32,000 nt of DNA from Candidatus Hadarchaeales archaeon (lineage in GTDB: Archaea > Hadarchaeota > Hadarchaeia > Hadarchaeales > Hadarchaeaceae), in the NCBI GenBank assembly GCA_038823825.1, contig JAWBCC010000002.1, positions 210,001-242,000 of the forward strand, read 5' to 3'. Positions 26,214-32,000 of the stretch are shown in pieces. Within the stretch, counting starts at the first letter, position 1, and each line of letters starts with the position of its first letter. Made by a program: the position numbers and the translations under genes. The notes beneath the pieces were generated by a model that was not told where the DNA came from, did not search any database, and worked only from the letters and a program-made list of their open reading frames with translations.

Positions 26214-27157
26214 CTGGCAACCCTCCTAACTTTTCTTGAAATTATCCAGTTTGCAATGAAATTCACAGCAAAGGTTATTGCGAAAAGCACCAGTCCTATC
26301 CCAAATAGAGCACTGTAGTGAAGAGATCCGAACGAGACTTCACCCATCTCAATCGCAATTGTTGCCGGCATAGTTCTAACCGGAGAAAATATAGAGGTAG
26401 GGATTACGGCCGCACCTCCGCTTAACATCATTACTGCAATGGTTTCACCAATGGCTCTTCCCAGTCCAAGCAGGACCCCTCCAACGATTCCAGATGAAGC
26501 TGCCGGTATCACAGCGTTTTTTATTGTTTCCCATTTGGTCGCACCGAGCGCAAATGACGCTTCTCTGTATTCGTTCGGAACTGCTCGTAGAGAATCCTCG
26601 ATTATGCTAAGCATAGTCGGAAGAATCATAAAGGCCAACACGAGCCCAGCAGTTAGCGCAGTCTGTCCAGTCGGTAAACCGAAAAATCTCTGAATGAAAG
26701 GCACGAGTACTACAAGTCCAAAAAATCCGTAGACAACGGATGGGATCGCCGAAAGCACTTCGACCGTGGTTTTGAGGAGATCTCTTACTTTTGAGCTGGC
26801 GATTTCCGAGATGTATATTGCTCCGAACAGCGCCAAGGGAACAGATACTGCCAAAGCAAGCGAAGTTACGAGAAGGCTACCCAATATCATCGGCGCGATG
26901 CCAAAGGAGGGGGGATGAGCGGTAGGTAGCCACTTATGGTTTAAGATAAAATTTGTGACCCCGATATTCGTGAATACCGGAATCGATTGAGTAAAAACGA
27001 ATATGAAGATCAGAAAGACGAAAAATATGGAAAAAGTAGCGAAAAGACCTGTGACGGTCTTTCCGGAAAAGACACGCTTGGTTATCCCGCTAGGGAAAAA
27101 AAATGGTCGCCCACGGGTTTTCTCACGTGAGCGACACGAATCCCTTCTCCTCAACAA
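26210..27157 (-). CDS. pstC: phosphate ABC transporter permease (start uncertain)
   Basis: 'LSAIPSVVYGFFGLVVLVPF', 'REASFALGATKWETIKNAVIPAASSGIVGG'. Track start TTG 27157 overlaps pstS by 35 nt. Confidence 0.93.
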   Translation of the reverse strand: MLRRRDSCRSREKTRGRPFFFPSGITKRVFSGKTVTGLFATFSIFFVFLIFIFVFTQSIPVFTNIGVTNFILNHKWLPTAHPPSFGIAPMILGSLLVTSLALAVSVPLALFGAIYISEIASSKVRDLLKTTVEVLSAIPSVVYGFFGLVVLVPFIQRFFGLPTGQTALTAGLVLAFMILPTMLSIIEDSLRAVPNEYREASFALGATKWETIKNAVIPAASSGIVGGVLLGLGRAIGETIAVMMLSGGAAVIPTSIFSPVRTMPATIAIEMGEVSFGSLHYSALFGIGLVLFAITFAVNFIANWIISRKVRRVAR

Positions 27158-27971
27158 TTCTCTGCCCCTCCGGCCCCTTGACGAACTCTATGAACTCTTT
27201 AGCGAGCCCAGATGGCTCTCCAATAGTGTACATGTAAAGAGCTCTCGAAATCGGATACGTTCCATTTAAGATGTTTTGTTTTGTTGGAAGAACTCCGTTT
27301 ACTGCAAGTGCTTTAACACCGCTGATATAACTGATGCCGACATAACCAATTGCATTTGGGTTTGTTGAAACAATTTGTCGCATTTCTCCGCTCGACATTG
27401 TTGTTAGTACAGAAGAGGACATGTTCTCTCCTCTCATCACCAGTTCATGGAATGATTCGTACGTTCCGGAGGTAGTTTCTCTGGTATACACAGCGATCGT
27501 AAGATTCGGTCCACCTACTTCCGACCAATTCCTTATTTCTCCAGTGTATATCTTCTTTATCTGCTCCAAGGTCAGGCTGTTCACAGGATTGCTCGGATGG
27601 ACTATCACCGCTAGGGCGTCTAGCGCGATTTTATGCTCGACCAGTCGTCCTCCAGCTCTCTCATTTTCTATGTTCTTTGCGCGTCTTGAAGACGTGGCTA
27701 TATCGCATCTACCCTCTATTAGGGATGTTATGCCGACACCGGAGCCGCCACCCGAAACATTAATAGTGTCGTACGGGTGAGCGTTCATCCATCTTTCCGC
27801 AGCAAGCTGTGTTATCGGTAAAACGGTGGTGGAGCCAGCGATGTTTATCGATCTTGGTTGAATGTTTGAACCATTTTCGCCTACTTCGTTCGTTCTTATG
27901 CCTACTAGAAAGACCGTAACCAGCACAATACCCAGGGCCACCGAGGCCACAACTACTGTCGTAACTTTCAT
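27123..27971 (-). CDS. pstS: phosphate-binding protein
   Basis: 'INIAGSTTVLPITQLAAERWM', 'VSGGGSGVGITSLIEGRCDIATSSR', 'TGEIRNWSEVGG', 'TRETTSGTYESFHELVM'; ATG at 27971. Confidence 0.94.
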   Translation of the reverse strand: MKVTTVVVASVALGIVLVTVFLVGIRTNEVGENGSNIQPRSINIAGSTTVLPITQLAAERWMNAHPYDTINVSGGGSGVGITSLIEGRCDIATSSRRAKNIENERAGGRLVEHKIALDALAVIVHPSNPVNSLTLEQIKKIYTGEIRNWSEVGGPNLTIAVYTRETTSGTYESFHELVMRGENMSSSVLTTMSSGEMRQIVSTNPNAIGYVGISYISGVKALAVNGVLPTKQNILNGTYPISRALYMYTIGEPSGLAKEFIEFVKGPEGQRIVEEKGFVSLT

Positions 27972-28055
27972 TTTATCCCCAAGTAACGAAAAAGCGCTTC
28001 TTTTATATAGATTGTCCAAATATTTTATATACCTGTAAATTAAGTATATAGATCG
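27972..28055. promoter_or_regulatory. divergent pstS / phoU promoter spacer
   Basis: Minus-strand TATATAAAAG at 28001-28008 and plus-strand TTTTATATACC near 28023-28033. Confidence 0.55.
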
Positions 28056-29096
28056 ATGGCAGAGAGAAAAGAGGAAAGCAGGAGAATCCAGTTAACCGGA
28101 AAGTCCACTTACATCGTTTCTCTTCCGAAGTGGTGGGCCTCTGAAATGAAACTCAAACCAGGGGATATCATTAACATGATCGTTCAAGATGATTCCCTGT
28201 TGCTGACTGTAAGAAAGTCAGCCGTGGAACACGAAAGAGAGAGAGAAGCCACCCTGAAGGTTTTACCCGATGAAAATCCAGACAAGATCATTAGAAAAAT
28301 AGTTTCGCTCTATCTTGTTGGCTATAACACAATCAGGATAATATCTGAGAAGGAAAGGATATCAAATCTGCAGAGCGAATTAATAAAGAATTTTGTGAGA
28401 ACCAAGCTAATCGGGACAGAGGTGATTATGGACCTCCCCACCGAGATAGTGGTTAAGGTGATACTCAGCTATCCGGAATTATCGATAAGAGACGCTGTTA
28501 GGAGGATGACGCTAATCACAAAGTCGATGATCGAAGACTCGATAGAAGCCTTGAACAAAAAAGACCACGAGCTGGCCAGAAGCGTGATAGTCAGAGATGA
28601 TGATGTGGACAGATTTAGTATGTATATAATAAGGCAGCTGAAATCTGCCGTAGGAGATCGCAGAATAATGCGCGATGTTGGGATTGAAAGCGCGCGCGAT
28701 TGTTTAGGATATCGACTGATCGTCAAAAGTGTGGAGAGAATTGCGGATCATGCTTCCACGATTTCCAAGAATGTGATTAAACTGCGAGGCGCAATCGATC
28801 ATTCGGTTGTCGAGAAGCTTTCAGAAATGAAAGACCTAGTGGTGAGAGCATTTGAGAAAACAATCGAGTCACTTTTCAAAGAAGACCCAGAGTTATCCGA
28901 GGAGGTCATCGGGATGAAAGAGCTCGTCGTAAAATCCGAGAATCAAATAGACGAGATGATCATGAAAAAACCAGCGCGCACGGACGCGATAGTTATCAGC
29001 CTGATCGTCGAAAGTCTGCGTAGAATGTACGAGTACAGCTGTGACATAGCAGAAGTAGTCTTGAATTTAACGTTAGAGAAGCAACAGGCGGTCTGA
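28056..29096 (+). CDS. phoU: AbrB-like domain plus PhoU domain regulator
   Basis: N-terminal 'RRIQLTGKSTYIVSLPKWWASEMKLKPGDIINMIVQDDSLLLTV', PhoU-like helical remainder, divergent from pstSCAB. Confidence 0.9.
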   Translation: MAERKEESRRIQLTGKSTYIVSLPKWWASEMKLKPGDIINMIVQDDSLLLTVRKSAVEHEREREATLKVLPDENPDKIIRKIVSLYLVGYNTIRIISEKERISNLQSELIKNFVRTKLIGTEVIMDLPTEIVVKVILSYPELSIRDAVRRMTLITKSMIEDSIEALNKKDHELARSVIVRDDDVDRFSMYIIRQLKSAVGDRRIMRDVGIESARDCLGYRLIVKSVERIADHASTISKNVIKLRGAIDHSVVEKLSEMKDLVVRAFEKTIESLFKEDPELSEEVIGMKELVVKSENQIDEMIMKKPARTDAIVISLIVESLRRMYEYSCDIAEVVLNLTLEKQQAV

Positions 29097-29101
29097 ATCT
29101 A

Positions 29102-29464
29102 TTATTCCTTCGCTCGCTCAGGTGGAGAAGTAAAGCTCAGGACACCCTGCTTAGGCTCGTAAATATTTCCGGCTTCTTTCTCACTCTTCAGAATTTCCTG
29201 AACTTCTTCTTTGCTCAGACCTACCTTTTCCGCTATTTCCAAGATTTCAGAAACTTCGACCATCCCGGTTGGATCTTTGCTTGCCAGAGCTCTCATAGCC
29301 CTCCTTATAAAGTCTACTTTTGCCTCATGTCCGCGTAGAATGAGAGGTATTTCCCTCTTCTTCGCAGGGGAGGCACTTTCCACAGAGACGTAAGTTCCCA
29401 CATCTATCTCGAGCGTGAAGGTCTTTCCGCAAAGCGGACAGGTCACCTGAACTCTATGCCTCAT
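29102..29464 (-). CDS. hypothetical protein with CxxC motif and C-terminal winged-helix-like region
   Basis: 'VTCPLCGKTFTLEI' and 'VEVSEILEIAEKVGLSKEEVQEILKSEKEAGNIYEP', resembling an MCM C-terminal wH. ATG 29464 follows GGGTGA. Confidence 0.55.
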   Translation of the reverse strand: MRHRVQVTCPLCGKTFTLEIDVGTYVSVESASPAKKREIPLILRGHEAKVDFIRRAMRALASKDPTGMVEVSEILEIAEKVGLSKEEVQEILKSEKEAGNIYEPKQGVLSFTSPPERAKE

Positions 29465-29535
29465 ACATTCACCCTTTGGAGCCACTCCGTATATGAACTT
29501 TTTCTTATTAGTTTGGACAAGTTAAGAAGATAAGT

Positions 29536-30033
29536 GTGAGATTCGCTGTCGACGGCATGCTCGGAAAATTAGCCAGGTGGCTTCGAATAGCCGGGCACGA
29601 CACGATTTATGCTAGAGATCTGAAGGTTGAGCCTGATAAGGAGGACGAAACCCTTCTCCAGTTGGTCGCAAGACAGAGGAGGGTTCTTCTTACAGCTGAT
29701 AAAAACCTTTACACAAGAGCACTGGGTTTTGGTTTGAAAACAGTTCTCATAACGAAAAAAGACGTGGTTGATCAACTACTGGAGATATCAAAGGCGCTCG
29801 GTAGACGCGTGAAGTTGGATTTTGAAAAGTCTCGCTGCCCAGTTTGCAATGGCACCTTGATTCAGGTAGATCTATCGGAAGTCTCTGAGGATCTGAGGAA
29901 GAAGAACAAAGATTTTTGGAAATGCTTATCTTGCGGAAAAGTCTACTGGGAAGGAAAACACTGGAGAAGTATAATAAAGACCGCTGAGAGGTATGAACGT
30001 GAGGTCGGAAAATCTCTCCCTAGAAGAAGGTAA
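29536..30033 (+). CDS. Mut7-C (DUF82) PIN-like RNase domain protein with zinc ribbon
   Basis: 'FAVDGMLGKLARWLRIAGHDTIYA...ETLLQLVARQRRVLLTADKNL' plus CPVC...CLSCGKVYWEGKHW. Confidence 0.93.
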   Translation: MRFAVDGMLGKLARWLRIAGHDTIYARDLKVEPDKEDETLLQLVARQRRVLLTADKNLYTRALGFGLKTVLITKKDVVDQLLEISKALGRRVKLDFEKSRCPVCNGTLIQVDLSEVSEDLRKKNKDFWKCLSCGKVYWEGKHWRSIIKTAERYEREVGKSLPRRR

Positions 30034-30607
30034 AATTTTGGTAAAAACAGCAAGGACGGTGATAGAAGAATACGTCAAGTACGGTAGAATCCCTCCCAAG
30101 CCTCAAGTCCCGGAAAGTCTTAAGCAACCCCGGGGAGTTTTTGTGACTCTCGAGAAGAGGGGAGAACTCAGAGGATGCATAGGTTATCCTTTCCCTTCGA
30201 TGCCTCTGATAGATGCTCTTGTGGACGCGGCAATCAGTTCTGCTACGAGAGACCCCCGTTTTGAACCGGTCGGTCCTGAGGAGCTCGATGAGATAGAGAT
30301 AGAGGTGAGTGTGCTCTCAAAACCCGAGGAAATTCGCGTGAAACATCCTAGAGAATATCTCGAAAAGATAGAAATCGGACGTGATGGTCTCATAGTTCAA
30401 TATGGTGGATACTCGGGTCTCTTGCTCCCTCAAGTTCCGGTCGAATGGGGATGGGATGTCGAAGAATTCCTCTGTCAGACGTGCATGAAAGCTGGCCTTC
30501 CTCCAGACTATTGGCTGAAGAAGGATGTCAAGATAATGAAGTTTACGGCTCAGATATTTCGCGAAAGGTCTCCGGGCGGGGAAGTCGAGGAGAGGAGACT
30601 CATCTAG
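29993..30607 (+). CDS. AMMECR1-domain protein
   Basis: 'LRGCIGYPFPSMPLIDALVDAAISSATRDPRFEPV', 'GGYSGLLLPQVPVEWGWDVEEFLCQTCMKAGLPPDYW'. Confidence 0.95.
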   Translation: MNVRSENLSLEEGKILVKTARTVIEEYVKYGRIPPKPQVPESLKQPRGVFVTLEKRGELRGCIGYPFPSMPLIDALVDAAISSATRDPRFEPVGPEELDEIEIEVSVLSKPEEIRVKHPREYLEKIEIGRDGLIVQYGGYSGLLLPQVPVEWGWDVEEFLCQTCMKAGLPPDYWLKKDVKIMKFTAQIFRERSPGGEVEERRLI

Positions 30608-31148
30608 TCTCTTCTTTCTTCTCCTTTCCAAGCAAAAGAGAAAGAAGGGTTTTTTCATCAACTTCCGCTCTTGTCCTCCAGCCCAAGTAAAGAACCCCCT
30701 TTTCGTCCTCCTGTAGATATCCCATCCTTATGAATCTGTCGATGGCGCTCTCTACTCTCCACTTTGGGAATTTCTCCTCCAGGATCTTCTCGATTTCCTT
30801 GCCTGCCACCTTTCCCCCCCTTGCGAGAATTGTGGCGAGCGTCATCGTCAAAATTGCCATGTCATCTATTCTCCATCCAAACGTTCTCACCTCTGAGAAC
30901 TCCGGGTGTCCTCTGAAAGTTACAACAAACCTATCAGACTCAGAGTCTCCCTCTTTAACGACCTTCACGGTTAGCCCGAGCTTCTCGAGCTCAGCGTCCA
31001 AAGCTTTTATCACATCCTCATAGTTTCTTCCCAAGGCTCTCCTCAATTCCCATCTTCTCGCCCCAGGTTCTCTGTGATGCTTGAAGAGAAGAAGCTGTGC
31101 GGCTCTAGAGAGTTTCTGCCTGATTTCGACTTCATCCTTTTCTGGCAT
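30600..31148 (-). CDS. tandem winged-helix protein, KITE/ScpB/Nse1-3(MAGE)-like
   Basis: 182 aa; 'LRRALGRNYEDVIKALDAELEKLGLTVKVV...RFVVTF' then 'WRIDDMAILTMTLATILARGGKVAGKEIEKIL...VESAIDRFIRMGYLQ'; partners a kleisin-like ORF. Confidence 0.5.
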   Translation of the reverse strand: MPEKDEVEIRQKLSRAAQLLLFKHHREPGARRWELRRALGRNYEDVIKALDAELEKLGLTVKVVKEGDSESDRFVVTFRGHPEFSEVRTFGWRIDDMAILTMTLATILARGGKVAGKEIEKILEEKFPKWRVESAIDRFIRMGYLQEDEKGVLYLGWRTRAEVDEKTLLSLLLGKEKKEETR

Positions 31149-31917
31149 GCTTCCTCCACTCCTCGTAAGTTATTGGTATGACGAGAGTTCTCGGCTCAGC
31201 TTCTTGAGCGGGTTTGCTTCTCGGTCTGATTATTATATCTTCTTCAAGAGGCCTGACTTCGACATCAACGTAGCCATAAGAAATCAGAAAACTCATGATC
31301 CAGGAACGTCTCACGGTTTCCTCAAAAGTTTTTGCGCATACCCACTTCCAGTAAGAGATTCCCCTTTTCCCCACATTTTGCAACATTTTTTTCCACTCTT
31401 CTTCAAGGATTCTGCTGAATTCTTCTTCCGAGAGGATTCCCATCTCTCGCAGTTCTTCCTCTGTTATCCTACCGGTCTGAAGCTCCATTCCGCCGAGTTC
31501 AGCTCCTCTTTCGCTGAGGGGCGGCAGCTCCGTCCAATAATCTAGACCGGTTCGCAGCGCCGATGGGGAAATGGATTCCATCTCCAAGATTGGATGCCAG
31601 CATTTCGTGAAAATTTCCGCAAGTTCCGCAGGCTCCATCACTTGCATCTTGAGTGTTATGAGGAGAGGGTCCAAGTAAAGCACAGAAGACCTGTGTTTGA
31701 GCCACTCGCTTTGGTGAAGTATGACATCCGCGAGTCCGGAAACTGCCCGCATGTCCAGGTAAAGCTCTTCGAGCTTCTTCAACTCCGGGAAAAGTTCACG
31801 CAGTTTTTCGAGAAGCTCTTTGACCTGCACGTCAAACGGATCCAGACCTCTTGATCTAACACTCTCGCATAGGTCGATTATCCTCTCGATTATTTCTCTT
31901 TTTTCCTTCACTTTCAT
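31132..31917 (-). CDS. kleisin/ScpA-like protein
   Basis: N-terminus 'LDPFDVQVKELLEKLRELFPELKKLEELYLDMRAVSGLADVILHQSEWLKHRSSVL' parallels the ScpA 'DPWDVDI..L..KYL...LDL..A..FL..AA.LL..KS..LL' pattern; C-terminal 'SWIMSFLISYGYVDVEVRPLEEDIIIRP' is winged-helix-like. Confidence 0.5.
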   Translation of the reverse strand: MKVKEKREIIERIIDLCESVRSRGLDPFDVQVKELLEKLRELFPELKKLEELYLDMRAVSGLADVILHQSEWLKHRSSVLYLDPLLITLKMQVMEPAELAEIFTKCWHPILEMESISPSALRTGLDYWTELPPLSERGAELGGMELQTGRITEEELREMGILSEEEFSRILEEEWKKMLQNVGKRGISYWKWVCAKTFEETVRRSWIMSFLISYGYVDVEVRPLEEDIIIRPRSKPAQEAEPRTLVIPITYEEWRKHARKG

Positions 31918-32000
31918 CCGACTACCTCCACTCTGGATACCCCGCCGATTTTCTGCACAGTTATGACGTTTTGGATTCCCTCGACGTTCGTTATCTGTCC
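31914..32000 (-). CDS. 3' end of an upstream co-oriented gene (partial)
   Basis: Open frame ending ...GQITNVEGIQNVITVQKIGGVSRVEVVG*; its TGA overlaps the next ATG (ATGA). Confidence 0.6.
   Translation of the reverse strand, partial: GQITNVEGIQNVITVQKIGGVSRVEVVG

Noticed and set aside
1-32000. CRISPR arrays, IS elements, integrases or toxin-antitoxin modules
   Set aside because: I saw no regularly spaced repeats, transposase/integrase motifs or terminal inverted repeats; the gene content is chromosomal housekeeping plus a few unknowns.

Overview
This window looks like archaeal chromosomal DNA from a probable hyperthermophile. It is dense with short-spaced or overlapping genes, and I saw no CRISPR array or mobile element. 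Supported content, left to right: a divergent SecD-like protein (5' end outside the window); an A/V-type ATP synthase locus split into H-I-K-E-C-F-D (minus) and A-B (plus) that diverge from a ~62 bp spacer; trpS, endA and a radical SAM/SPASM protein; a G+C-rich structured intergenic segment; an untracked 37-aa zinc-binding ORF; speD overlapping a BpsA/DUF43 branched-polyamine synthase; tRNA-Trp(CCA) with a 54-nt intron that itself looks like a box C/D guide RNA; a four-gene minus-strand cluster (two membrane-anchored zinc-ribbon/OB-like proteins, a TctA-like permease, a YdjM/DUF457-like protein); DUF429; a divergent TFB; a geranylgeranyl-reductase-family protein; a membrane-anchored surface protein; pstSCAB with a divergent AbrB-PhoU gene; Mut7-C; AMMECR1; and an overlapping pair resembling a kleisin (ScpA) and a KITE/MAGE-like subunit. 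The best candidates for follow-up are the zinc-ribbon/OB-fold cluster, the kleisin/KITE-like pair and the structured RNA candidate at 14189-14305. All family names come from recognising motifs by eye; no database search was run.
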